A stretch of DNA of 63,590 nt, the filler included, from Reclinomonas americana ATCC 50394 (taxonomy: Eukaryota): assembly GCA_048213135.1 (NCBI GenBank). It is 5 parts of 4 records of this genome, joined end to end, with 100 filler letters (N's around TTAATTAATTAA, not from the genome) between each part and the next. Parts side by side here need not be neighbours in the genome. Positions count along the whole stretch, not along the records: positions 1 to 15,719 come from PS015887.1; 4 more parts are not named here. The stretch is one strand, 5' to 3'. Below are positions 1-13,500 of this stretch, piece after piece. Within the stretch, counting starts at the first letter, position 1. Each line of letters starts with the position of its first letter. The position numbers and the translations under genes were made by a program. Under the pieces are notes generated by a model that worked only from the letters and a program-made list of their open reading frames with translations, searched no databases and was not told where the DNA came from.

Positions 1-26
1 TGTGTGTGTGCGCGCGCGTGTAGTAC

Positions 27-80
<54 letters not shown>

Positions 81-102
81 CATGCGGTTTGTCCGAGATC
101 AG

Positions 103-268
103 GATTCCAACAAGGACGACAAGATCTCGCTGCAGGAGTGGATGGACGGCATTCACAGCGTCGACGATGTGTTCCGCGAGTTGCGTGCTCCAGTGCAGTC
201 GTGCTTTGTTTGTTGGTGATTCACAACTCTCCACCACCAGGATCTTCTCCACGCTCGAGCTGATGTAA
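103..268 (+). CDS. EF-hand calcium-binding protein (recoverin/calcineurin-B-like), last two exons (103-179, 241-268)
   Basis: EF-hand loop DSNKDDKISLQEW. Intron 180-240 (gttgcgt...ccag) restores the frame to ...VFREIFSTLELM*. Confidence 0.7.
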
Positions 269-367
269 GTCGGCCGCCCTGCTTGCTGTTCACTGCAGGT
301 GTCTTCCATTTCTTTTTCGTCGCCAGTGAAAAGAGCACTGTTCTACATTCAAATTGTTTTTTTAATA

Positions 368-872
368 CTATGCAACAAACACGCTGTCTGACACGGCGCC
401 GAGGAACACGTCCGACATGACGTGCGTGGCAAAAAAGGCCATAAACGTGACGTTGGAGAAGGTGGCCAGGAACTGTGCGCCCTCCGACTCGCAGTCGAGG
501 AAGTTGCCGCCGGTGATGCGCATTATTAGCCAGCGGAACAGCACGCCTTCGACGATCTCGCTGGCACACGCGCCGAGTGCGAGGTACACGACGCGTTGGA
601 ATCGCTCGTCCGACAAGCTCGACGCGTACCTCGGATAGAAGCAGTTGTTGAAGGAGAAGCGGAGCCAGGTGGCGAAGAAGAGCCAGTTGAACAGTGTGAT
701 TACGCTGGTGGCGTTGCGGAACCAGTAGGCACGGCGTCGACTGCTGACGTACTCGTCGAAACTCGGCACACGGAGTGGCAGGTGCTTGGCGAGGCGCACC
801 CAGAAATTGTAGACGCCACGGAACATGCTGAGCGGGTACACGATAAAGTTGCTGATCCAGTGCACGACAAAG
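368..872 (-). CDS. Multipass membrane protein of unknown family, 3' part; upstream exons lie in or beyond the 873-1821 gap
   Basis: Open frame of about 167 aa with several hydrophobic segments (VITLFNWLFFATWL, VVYLALGACASEIVEGVLF, VTFMAFFATHVM), ending at TAG 368. Confidence 0.6.
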
Positions 873-2475
873 NNNNNNNNNNNNNNNNNNNNNNNNNNNN
901 NNNNNNNNNNNNNNNNNNNNNNNNNNNNNNNNNNNNNNNNNNNNNNNNNNNNNNNNNNNNNNNNNNNNNNNNNNNNNNNNNNNNNNNNNNNNNNNNNNNN
1001 NNNNNNNNNNNNNNNNNNNNNNNNNNNNNNNNNNNNNNNNNNNNNNNNNNNNNNNNNNNNNNNNNNNNNNNNNNNNNNNNNNNNNNNNNNNNNNNNNNNN
1101 NNNNNNNNNNNNNNNNNNNNNNNNNNNNNNNNNNNNNNNNNNNNNNNNNNNNNNNNNNNNNNNNNNNNNNNNNNNNNNNNNNNNNNNNNNNNNNNNNNNN
1201 NNNNNNNNNNNNNNNNNNNNNNNNNNNNNNNNNNNNNNNNNNNNNNNNNNNNNNNNNNNNNNNNNNNNNNNNNNNNNNNNNNNNNNNNNNNNNNNNNNNN
1301 NNNNNNNNNNNNNNNNNNNNNNNNNNNNNNNNNNNNNNNNNNNNNNNNNNNNNNNNNNNNNNNNNNNNNNNNNNNNNNNNNNNNNNNNNNNNNNNNNNNN
1401 NNNNNNNNNNNNNNNNNNNNNNNNNNNNNNNNNNNNNNNNNNNNNNNNNNNNNNNNNNNNNNNNNNNNNNNNNNNNNNNNNNNNNNNNNNNNNNNNNNNN
1501 NNNNNNNNNNNNNNNNNNNNNNNNNNNNNNNNNNNNNNNNNNNNNNNNNNNNNNNNNNNNNNNNNNNNNNNNNNNNNNNNNNNNNNNNNNNNNNNNNNNN
1601 NNNNNNNNNNNNNNNNNNNNNNNNNNNNNNNNNNNNNNNNNNNNNNNNNNNNNNNNNNNNNNNNNNNNNNNNNNNNNNNNNNNNNNNNNNNNNNNNNNNN
1701 NNNNNNNNNNNNNNNNNNNNNNNNNNNNNNNNNNNNNNNNNNNNNNNNNNNNNNNNNNNNNNNNNNNNNNNNNNNNNNNNNNNNNNNNNNNNNNNNNNNN
1801 NNNNNNNNNNNNNNNNNNNNNAGCCAGGTGTGCGAGAAGTGTCATGTGTTGTCGTCACTGCACATTGTGAGGTGCGCTGTGAGTGTGAGAAGCACAGGAA
1901 GATGGCAACGACGCCGCGCACACACTCACACTCGCACGTGCACACACACTGAATCCGTGGGCACCGCTGGGTGGGGCACAACGCGCGCGTTGTGTGCGAG
2001 AATACTGGCGAATTTAGCGATGAATGTGTCCTGTTTCGTTCACTTCCGAATGGAAGGTCCATGCAGCACCAAAGCAAAGACAGATTGAGGATGTCCTGCC
2101 TCTTCTTCCGGGTGTTGCAGTCACAGTGAACGGGGGTTATCACCAGAATTCAAAAAAAAACTGGTGAGTTTTATTGTACTTGTCCGGTTTCATGACGAGA
2201 GTTGTCGGTACGCTGCGTCGAGAGTCACATGCAGTCAGCGTGTGTGTTATACACTCAATAAATACACAAACGTGAGCACAGCAACACCAATCAGCACTCA
2301 CCCTCTGCATGTTGACAAACAAATGTAAGTTCGAACACACGAGACAAGAGGTGAGAAAGCGAACAATGTAAGACAACGCGAGGAAGGTCGACCAACCCAC
2401 TGCGGTGGGTCAAGAAACAGTCAGTCATCTCTCTGCAGAGAGAGGGGCAAACAGAAGACGCAACATAAAACCGAG

Positions 2476-4533
2476 TCACCAACGCTGTAGGTGGACACTG
2501 CCGCGTACTGTTGTCGCAAGCAACTCAGCACACTCACCGCCATCGCGCGCGCATGCACGCACAACCATCTTACTCACCAATTGTCCAGGCAAGTCGCTGT
2601 AACATACTCCCAACGCTTCACCTGCAAAGCGAGTCACGAAAAGAGCAGGAAAAATGTGTCCAGCCAACTTTATCGCCTCACCGTTCTTGGCAAAGAGCAA
2701 CTCGCGACTGTCCATGTTGACCGTCATTTCTGTGGGGTTTGCGTTCAGTCGGTGCGGGAACGAGCGAGCGTGCACAGAGCGCGACAATTATCAAGAACCA
2801 ATCACGTCGCCGGTGGAGACTGGCGAGGCGTATGGATTCCGAGCCCCACCTGTGTGCGTCCGCGAGTCAGAGAATTGAGCAAGGTGACCTGCTGACGACT
2901 GCGCATGCAGCACACGCAACTGCGTGCTCGATGGCCCTCCTTGAACTGCACGAGGCGTGAGATTGAGCGACACAGCGAACACTTGGCACACACGTCTTGC
3001 ACACACCTCGTAGCACCATCCCTCCGATGACTCCTTCATGTAGGAGCTCCACGCTGAAAACGTCGCCGTGACAACGCCAATCCCCGGGTACCTTTCATGG
3101 TCGATGAGATCAGCACACACACTGCCAGAGTCGAAACACAGACACGCATAATTGTGGCGCACCACATGCCCCTGGTGTAGTTGACGACGCGGAAGGTGTA
3201 GAGGTGCACACCGCGCTCCATCAGAAAATTGGTCCGGCATGTGCCGCCGTTGCCTTGCACAGTCATTATTTTCTTGCCTGCAACCGGAATGGAGGTGAGG
3301 TGGTGCGCGGTGTCACGCGCACGAAGCACACAAACCGTCTTCCTGGACTTCAATCCGCTGTGCAATTCACGTAGTCGGTGAGAAAGAACAAGAGTCACAT
3401 CGATCACTGGCACGAGGCAGACGCACTCGGTCAGCCTGGAAAAACTCAATGTTGCGCTGCGTCATCAGCAATTTCGGCAGCATTTGTCGCAGCTCCTCCG
3501 GCAGGGTATTCGCCTTGGGCGACTCCAGTATCGACTGGAGCTGCTCGCCAACGTGCAACCTCGACACAATCGGGAACCACGAGTCCGGATCCGCGGCGAG
3601 AGCATTCACGATGACGCATGCCAACTGCAGTGCCACTGACGCGTCCTCGGTGGACAGAGACGAGGAGAGCAGACTCCACAACGAGTTCCACAGCAAGTCT
3701 GGCAGATCGGCTGATGAGCACTCCAGCGCACCGACTCTACAGGCTGTTCGGAGAGAGTGTGAGATTGCAAAGCAAGCACTGAAGCAACGAAGACACAGAC
3801 CGCACAAGGTGTTTCGGAGGACAGCGGCCAGCGAGAGTCGTAATGACTGCGGTACTTGCGCACTCACACACTGCTGCACAATGCACGCCAGCTGGCCACT
3901 CTCCACCAACCAATCCTGTGCCGCACTGCATCCTACATGGGAGATGTTGTTGGGCCGGCAGATTGCACACTTAGTGGCAAGCACGCCCGAGCACTCACCA
4001 GCCACAGCATTCCGCAACACGCCAGCAGCCAACAGAGAGACTTCGAGGCACTCATCGCCCGCACTGCTGCTGGTGTCAAGCGCCAAATGCACCACTTGCC
4101 GCAATGCGCCCGGAGCGAGCATCAGCATGTGCTTGGCTGCTCCGTTCTCTGCACAACGATGCATGAGCTGCATGACACACGCGGCGTGGCAAATGCGGGA
4201 GGAAGACAACACACTGTAGAGCAGAGTGGCAAGGGCATGCAATGCACGCAGGCGGACTTGATGCGCATGATGGTGACTTGTGAGTGAGACAAGTCGCTGC
4301 AGCGCAGCACAGTTGCTCTCGTCAAACTCTGCTGTCGCGCAAAAGAAGCAGCGCGTCATCGATGAGAGAGAGAGAGAGGGAGTCGCAGAATGCATCACAG
4401 CACACACATGTGACATGCCTTGTGCATCGCCACGAGTGCCGTCATCGGTGACTTGCAGTTTGCTAAGTATTGATTCAATGCTGCTGGCCGACGAGGCACA
4501 GTCGGCACACGCAGCAGCGAGAGACGACAACAT
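2476..4533 (-). CDS. Armadillo/HEAT-like repeat protein with a C-terminal SPRY/B30.2-like domain (multi-exon)
   Basis: Helical repeats (ALHALATL, AAGVLRNA, AAVLRNTL, ACVIVNAL). C-terminal segments GVHLYTFRVVN..W-YPGIGVV..GWCYE..MTVNMDSRELLFAKNGE..SDLPGQL resemble SPRY beta-strands. GT/GC-AG introns. Confidence 0.55.
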
Positions 4534-4591
4534 CGTGTGCACACTCAGTGCAAGTCACGCCAAAGGTCCACAGGACGACCACTTTCGGTGT

Positions 4592-7500
4592 TTATGTGAT
4601 CTTGTCAAGCATGGACCTGCGGTAGACCTCGTACAACCGCTTCTGGAGCCACATGAAATCCTTCTGCACACTCGGCAGGTTCCAGGTCCTCGTATACGCC
4701 GTGAACGGTGGTGGAGCGAGGCCTACGGCCAACGCTGACGACGACGATGCATCCTTTTGTCGCTCAAGAACCAGTGCACGCCCCTGTTCATCGAACGTCG
4801 CACGTGAGAAACATGCACGCAGCGATGGAAACATAGTCGAGATGCTCACCTGCGGGAACCACGAGTGGTCTCGGGCGGCCAACTGCACCACAGAATTCAG
4901 TTCACGCACCAAGTGAACGCCTGCTCCAACACACAAAACCTTCTCGGCCGCATGCCATTCGGCGCCGGAGAACTTGCGTGGGTCGGCGTACCACAAGTGA
5001 ATGATGAAGAGAATGTACGAGAGCACCACATGATCGTTCTCGCGGTGCCGACGGAACCCGTCGCCCACCCGCTCAAACACCGTGGACTCCAGACCGCAAA
5101 TGTAGCAGTTGGTGCGCTTGTCGTTGACCCGCACTTCACGCTCTGAACGCAACGCCGAAAACGTGTCGAGGATTTGCGCCAGGAAAATATTGAGCATCAG
5201 CACAGTGATGATGGCCCAGAACACCAAGTCGAAGAACACCCGGCCCTGCATGCACCCACCACCGCTCAGCATCGCAGAGAGCATCACAGATAAACAGCGA
5301 CTGGCGCACCCCAGCCGTATCCGGTGAAAACACTTGTTCCCACAGACCCGTGCCTCGGAATCCGTAATTGAGGGTGGCAACAAAGCAACCAAAGAGGCTG
5401 CTGCAGAGCCGAGTGTCGCCGACGACGAAATCGTTGTTGAAGAAGCTGCCACCGAGAACCACAAACATGTAAGTCACCCAACCAACACGCACAACAGAAA
5501 CCCCCCTGCGGACACGCAACAGAAACGGGAAAAGCGCACTGAGGTAGATGAGGCTCACGGCCAGCGCGCCCTGTGCGATCGTGTGAGACACTGTTTTTAT
5601 GGTCGGCGCAGCCACACTTGCGAACACAAACCGTGAGCAACAGCGATGCACGATTGATGGCCACGGCACGGACGATTTGGAATAGCACCGGGAACGCCAG
5701 CACAATCTCCAGCAAGAGGAACGGGAAAAACAAGTACGAGATGACGCAGCCGAGAATGGCGAACACAAAGTAGGTCATCTGCCACACCAAGAAAATAGGG
5801 TCGTGTCAGTTCCGCCACCAACCCCGTCACATAGTGTATCAGCACGACCTCAGCTCACCCTGTACCACAAGTATAACTGCGAGGCGCAGCGATAGATAAA
5901 CTGCCACACGTTGCGCATGTTCCACCTGATGGTGTGCATCGACTGGAGGCTTTCGAGTCGTGGCTGCCAGCGATCCAGTGCACGCAGCAGCATTGTGTGC
6001 TTCATGTCGACCCACAGCACCAAGCCGCATAACACAGCCACGATAATCGCCAGCACATACAACAGCACAGTCCACGCAGCATGTCGCGTGCCCACCGTAC
6101 TGCGACGGCACACAAAATCGTGGGGGGATGAGAACGAAATGAAGACACGCAAGCAAGTAGACTCAGTGGCGCGCGCAACTCGACGCCACCGTCGTCGTCC
6201 AGCGAGACAACGACAAAGCTCGCCAGCAGCGCAATGTTGAGCAGCACCACAAAGGCGAACATGAGTCGCGAAAGGAACGTGTAGTGCCACTGAGCAGTTC
6301 GGAAGATCGGTCGTGACTTGGAGATCCACAGGCGCTGCGCCTCTCGCCACACCAGTGGTGCTGCTGCGATCAGATTCTCGACCTTGTCGCCAGAGGTGGA
6401 GATGGGTGCGACCTTCTTCCACTGCTTGAAGCTCTCGCACTTGACGGAGCGACACTCGATTGGAATCTCGAATATAATCTTCGGCACGAGAGGGAGGAGG
6501 TGAGCACACTTCTGTCTTCCCGTGCACACGACAGCAGAACACACACACACACACGCACATACCTCCTCAATTCGATCGTCGCGAACGACTTCTACACGAG
6601 CCACTGCGCTGGCAAAGATCTCCAGACGCTGGGTGCGAGGATCGGCATTGACAAACTCCGGTAATCTGTACATTTCCTCCTGGCGAGCAGTGCACGAGTC
6701 AGCACGCAGTTCAACGAACGATACCACCACCGGCACTGCAGCGCAACTCTGGCAGCGGGCGGGAGCAGTCCAATCAAACGAATGTGCAGTTTGTACAGGA
6801 GCAGACCGAGTTCCCACAGCAAGTCCCGAGCCTCCGCCAACAATCGCTCCTCTTCCTTGGAAGGCATCGCGCACTTGAGACAATCCCCATCACTCAGTAG
6901 CGAGTGAACGCGCAGCAGCTTGATGATCTGCAACAAGGGGAGGCACCGTAAGCAACACAGAACGGTCGCGCCATGACTCGCATCGACGCACCAAGGGAGC
7001 GTCGTCGATAAACTCAGCCAGACGGCGCTCACGGTTGGCGAGCGTCGTCGTGTTTCCCTCCAGCAATGTGAGTAGCATGGTGGCCGCATCGACCTGACAC
7101 TGCATGTGCAGCCGCGGGCTCGTGAGCGACGCAAGCGGCAGGTGCAAATGCCGCACAGCCAACAGCAGCAAGTCCGACGTCATCAGCGCATTTTGGTTCG
7201 ATTCGCAAGGACTGCGCAAAAAAAAAAAAAACAAACTGAGCTTCAGCACAATCGGTGGCTTGCTCGACAAGCAGCCGCACAGAAGTACCCTTGCATGACG
7301 GCAGTGGCGAAACCAAAGGCCTCCATGAGAATCCGCGTATCCGCTGTCTCCAAGTGATCTTTTTGCATGCGCGAGTGTCAGTGCGAAAATCACTCTCTCG
7401 GAAGAACTCCATGGCACACACCTTCCACCACAATGGCATAGCGCGTCACCTCGTCGATCAAATCGGCGTTCATCCGCCATCCGGCTTGGAATCGCATGAA

Positions 7501-10500
7501 TTCTTGCAGAGCTGCATGAGGTGACCGAGGTGAGCTCTCGCGATGACTAACACACACACACAGCACACGACGCAACGGTGAAAGCGCCCAGCACACAGCA
7601 CGCGCAAGAATCGAATAATCTGCAGCGCAAAGCCGCGCTCCTGGAACACGCGCTCGCCGCGATTGACAAACGACGCTGCTGCGGCGTCGCTGACGCCCGT
7701 AGTCGAAAGACTCACTGACGTGGATGACGCGTTGCTGCTGTTGGCCTCACGTCGGCGATTTGTATTCTCGTAGTACTCCTCCGCGGCGATGCGAAGTCGG
7801 TGTCGCAGTGTGGCGAACATATATTCGTGCTCCCACGATGACAACTCGCCGCGAAACACCTCCTGCACGCTGCGAATGAGGATGGCATAATGCACAGTCA
7901 CACTCTACACATTGCGATCTGCAAACCTGAGCTCCACGGTTCGCTCCCTCCAGCAGCGCGTAGGCCAGCACAAGCACATCGTGAACTACCTGGTCGGACA
8001 CGGCGCATGTGATCAATCGAAAAACCTGCACGTGCAACCGCAGGTCAGGCACCGCGAACAAAAAATTGTCTGCATCGACAACGCTTGCTTGTCCTCTCAC
8101 CATGTGCGCACATCCCTGCTCACACAGCATTGTCTGTGCGTCCGGCCCCGACTGCGCCACACTGCGAAGCACCGAGATGAAAGTGCAACCTAGCGTATCG
8201 AACGCACTTTCCGCCGGCTCGTCGTCGTGGAATGGCGACACCTTGGAGACCAGATTGAGTACGCCACAGATCAAATCGCAGCATGTGGCCGGTCGCTCGC
8301 GCAGTAAGTGTACAAGCGATGCGCGCTCCTGCTTGCTATGCTGCTCGTGACGCATGCGACTGCGGAAGTACAGGAATTGCTCGCGCCTAGGTGTGCAGCG
8401 GTAGTGAGGGTGAGAAGTGTGTGCGAATGTGCGCGTGCGAACGACAGAGAGTAACGCAACAGGAGTTCGTCAGCATCAATGTTGATCTCGGTGACCGAGA
8501 CCGGCTGTTGCTGTTGTTGTTGTTGTTGTTGCTGTAATTGACTGCCGGATTCTTGCGCCGGCATGCGAAAAGCAGCCCGACGGAGAAGCGATCCAACACC
8601 TAACAGACCGCCGGCGCTATGCATGTCGAATTCGTGACGATAGACACGCGCCTTGGAACGTGCTTGCAGTCGCGCGCCCGTGATCGAGACAATAGTCGGT
8701 CGACGGCGCCTTGGTTGAGGCGCAGACCCTGAGCCGGACGAGCGCGGCTGCGCTAATGGCAATCCACCGCCATTGCCACTACCAAAGGTGGGCGTCGTAC
8801 CGCCACCGCTACCGCCCAATCCCGACGGCAAAGTTGGACGTCGATGGGGGCGTCGAGCCTTGTCAAACATCGAAATCAGCGAGTCAACAGAGCCGGAGGT
8901 GCCGGCTTCCGACATGGCCGACAACTCGGATAGGTGGTCCACCAGAGAACGAACAATCACCGATTGCTCGCTGCGAGACGTATGCAGTCAACAAGACTGT
9001 GTTGGCAAGAGACGACGTGACACCTGTGCCAATTCTGCGCAACTCATCCCAGTCGGACTGACGGGTGCCGAGTGCCAAGACGTGCTCGAGGAACGGGATG
9101 ATGATATTGTAGACGTAGAGTTGCATTTCTGCAACGGTTCCCGAGTCCACTGCCGCCTGCTGTGCACCAGGTAGCACAGGCGACTCGCCTTCACCACCAT
9201 CCATCGACCCCTCACTACACACAGCACGGCACGACGAGTGAGTTATCAGACTGGCGATGCTCAGCCGGTGTCATGATGTACGATATTTCTCACCTTGGTG
9301 CCGAAAGCGACAGCACGGGTGCATCACGCTGCAGTAATGGGGTGTGCCCGCTTGACGACGGTGACATTGCGTCCTCCATCTCCACCTGTGTCACATCCAC
9401 AACATCCAGCTGATCGAATGAGCCGTCGTCTCGCATCAGCGGATGCTCCAGGTAGGCCTCGATGTGGCGGTCGACAATCGCAAGGAGGCGCAGCGTGATT
9501 TCGGAAGACTGGATCCCCAAGGCCGTTGGCGGTGGCGTCGTGTGAATGTAAACCTACATGCCATCGTCACCTGTCAGGCCAAGCAGCTCCAGCCAAGATG
9601 CACACAGACTCTCTCACAACTACATCACCTCATCGATCAAGCGCAACAGGCCCGAACGCACAGCCGTAATGGTCGCCTGCTCCAACAACTCAACAGCATC
9701 CTCATATGAGATGACATTCTGAATCACCGTGTCCGCCTGCGCACACACGCACAGCGTCGTCAGCACACAGATAATGCTGTGTCAGTCGCCGCGTGGAATG
9801 CACAAACCGAGTGTCCACGACCGGTGGCACACGACGCGAGAAGGTGCACCATGCGAATGTGATACGCCAGTGGGCTGGTTTCGGGATTGGTCAGGTGATC
9901 GTTGCATGCCATCAGTCGCAGCCTGTTGCAGGAGGTTGACGGTGAGTGAGAAATAGCAGCAACGCCCTGCATGTCCCGCAGATGTTGAAATGGCGTACCA
10001 CTCTTGCCGCTCCGATGGTTGCGTGAAGAGATGCAGAGCGTCGGTGTGGCGGAAAGCGAGCGCCTCAGCAATGAGCCTCTGATTCCGCGGCAGCGGCGCA
10101 CCACGACTCATCACCAAACTCTACGGATACGATTCCAGTCAGGGTAAACACAGAGGCGACTGGTGCAGGCGCACGACCTGACCTCGAGCAGCGCGAGTCG
10201 GGAGCATCGTCGTTCGCGCACACACATGACAAGAATCTCGTCGAGGAGGCTTTTGTCGACTCGAAGTGCCAGTCTACTATTCTCCCTGAACATGGTGGCC
10301 ACCACATCCTCGGCTCCGAGGTTCATTCTAGGCAGAGGGAGAGCATCGGTGAGCACTGGTACGAAAAAAACAACGAATACAAACGCATACCCAATGTACG
10401 GCATAAAGATGGAGAGCCGACGGAAGAGAGCCTCCTGACGCTTCGACGAACCAGTAATGTACTGTAAAAGCACACAGCGCAAACCACGTGAGATCTCCGC

Positions 10501-13500
10501 TCAAATCGTCGCCAGCTCCACCCAAAACATCGCCACATGCCTGCGAGAAAATCTCGAACACTGTGCGAAACAGCGCTTGAATGGGGCTGTCGGAGCCGAG
10601 GACAGCCGCCACGTTCTGTGGCCTGCGGCAGCACACGACTTGCAGTGAGCACGCAGCAACACAATTCTTTCGGGCGTGTGCACGCTTGTGAAACGCAACG
10701 CCACACTGCGCAGAATGGTGAGCAGCGCATCGTCGAGTGCCATGGCTCGAAAAGTCTCGCCGAGCACAGGTGTCGATCCAGTGGAACCGGCCAGCAGAAT
10801 GTCGCGCAGCGATCGAGTCAACGTAAGCAGCTGGTTGACGGCACGCTGATCTGCATGCCATCGATCGCTCTTGCCCGACACAGCCTGCAGCAGTGCCGAG
10901 TGCGTATTCCACAGCGTGTCAAGTGCTGCGACTGCGTTCGGTGAGACCACCAAAATGACGTCGCCAGCGGCGGCGTAGAACGAGTCGAATTTGCGGTGCA
11001 GTGCCACCAGCGAGGCAAAGGCCTCGGTTTGCAGCTGCCGGTTCGAATACTTGGCAAGGTCGAGCAGCACTGCCACCGCACGAGGAGTCGGCGGCACAAT
11101 GTTGGTCTCCTGCGCAGCCACGTGTCACGCACGACAAAGGGGGCGATACTGTCACAAAGCGCTGCTACTGTTCACCTCAATCCACTGCGGCACGTGCAGC
11201 AGCGGGGTGCTGGACTTGAAGAGTCGAAGCGCACTGGAAATACGCGCGCTCGTCTCCACTTCACAGATCAGTTGGAGGATTCGCAGAGCGACAATCTTGC
11301 AATCCTGTACGGGGTGGTGATTAAAACTGAGAGAACCGCGTTTGTTGGAAAGATCACTCTGATTAACCATGATCAACTTGTTGTGTTCGTTTTCTGCAAA
11401 GCGGAACTCTGCCGAGACGATTTCATCTGCAGCATGCATGCATGATTAGAGACACTGGGAATGTGAACATCGCTTCCACCATCACTCACCGGCATACATG
11501 CTCACTGCAAGTCAACATTCATACAATTAATGACATGTCATTCAACTTGGGCGCCTTTGGTGAAAGAGGTGGGTGTGTGCACGCAACATGTGTACACATC
11601 GGTGGCACCATCGAGCAAATCCCACAGTGCCGGCAGGATGGCGGTCAGCGGGCGAGCACCAAGAAATCCCTCCATAATGAGAACTCGCAGAAGCTTGAGC
11701 AACTGTACCGCACGGCACAACACTTGAGTACATGGCAACAGTCTCATGCACGAACATTGACGAGAGAGAAAGGGCGTACCGAGTGCACATAGCGTGACCG
11801 ATCCGGTTCGTGCCAATGCAGCACCGTGTACTCACGCTGTGGCGTGGTGGTCAGTTGTTCAATGCAACGCGCGGAGACGTTCACAGAAAAAGACACACAC
11901 CAGCGTCGACAACACTTTGTTGGCCACAGCAACCACAGCGCTCACTAGCTCTCCTTGATCGCCGTCGGCCACTAGTCGAGAGCAGTGCATGTCGAGGTCG
12001 TTGGAGCCAGGCTGGTCATTGTCCACATAGGACCACACTCTGACAGGGTCGACAATCTGTATCGGCTCAAAGGGTTCCCGATCGACGTGGCACACACGCA
12101 GAAGAGTCATGAAATGCGACCGTATCGAGAAGGGCAGCCGCTCGTCAAATGCTCTGCACCCAACCACCTGTGAGTGAGAGAGAGAGATCACGCTGCAGGC
12201 GATTGAGTTCGACGACAACAAACCCGCGCGTGACTTCTTCCATGCCAAGTCCAAACACTGGAGCTAGTACAGGCAAGGCCAACGGATTGCGATCCTGTGC
12301 GTGCCGAGTGCACACGGTCAGTTGTCCACACAAAGCACCAGCGAGAACACCAGCGATGCAGTACTCAACAGCAGCACCGACAGCAAAGAAGTTTAGCGAC
12401 TCGGTGAAAAAAGCCACCTCCTCGGCGTTCTTTTCATCCCGCGCCCACGCCACCAGGTTCACACGCTTTTCCAGGCGCATGTCTGGGGTGTAGAAGAGTG
12501 CATAAAGCTCGTTGGCTGCCATCTGCATTCATGCATGCACAAGCAGTCAGTGCCTCAAGGCAGTGCATATGATACAAGTGCGCGGGGCGCACCTCAATTC
12601 GCAAGTGCTGCCAGTTGTAGGCCGGTTGGTCAAGAAAGCGGAACATCTCAATCTGGTTGGACACCACCGGCACTCCGTTACACGTCAACGGCAACAGCTG
12701 ACCCCGGAATAGTCTGCTCTCGTGTGAATAATGGAGACAACCAACGAGCGAGCAAGCAAGCAAGCAGCACGTTTCACCTGGCCTGTCGCGTCTCGCCCGC
12801 AACTGCCGGTATGATGATGTCCAGGCGCGCGTCTGCGAAAAAACATGCGAGCGTAAACAACACACCAGTCGTGTGTAGCAGAGAGTGCCTCTCACAGGCA
12901 GCAAACATTTGGTGGTCAACGAGAGGTCGTCCCGGCAGCTGTTTTTTGGTATCCGCATCGTCATGAGTGCAAGTACCGCACTGAATGAGTCGCAGTGAGA
13001 CGCAACGTTTCTATCCACACATCCAGCGCGCCAATCATCAGCGAGAATTGTGAGCGCAAGCGGTCCACTCCAGCTTCACCGACAATACGCTTGTTTCGTT
13101 TGTTGTCCTTGACCACCTGTCGCAATAGTCTGTCGACAAGAACGGAGTGCAAATGTGGCGAATGAGCCACGTCGAGGACCGGCAACAGAGAATGGCGGAA
13201 GAATGGAAGAAAGTCACCTGTAAACCAAGCGCAATACATACTGCGCCTTGGCGTTCTCGGAATCGCGGATGGTCAACCCCGGATATACTTGCTGGGGAAG
13301 GCGAATGATTTGGAGCAGCACTCGAAGGACCTGCATGGATGAGCAGCAGCGTGCACAGTAAGAATGCAACAATAGGGAACGACAAGACGAAGGCGCGGGC
13401 CACCTTCAGATCGCGAAGGAGATTCTGGAAGATCTCAACCGGCGGCCCTGCGCAGAAAGACAGAGGAAAACAAATGGTCAGAGAGAGAATCAACGAGTGG

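Noticed and set aside
9641..9647. gttgcgc on the minus strand as a shifted donor
   Set aside because: The frame continues (GLLRLIDE) to a normal GAG|gtgatg donor, so it was not counted.
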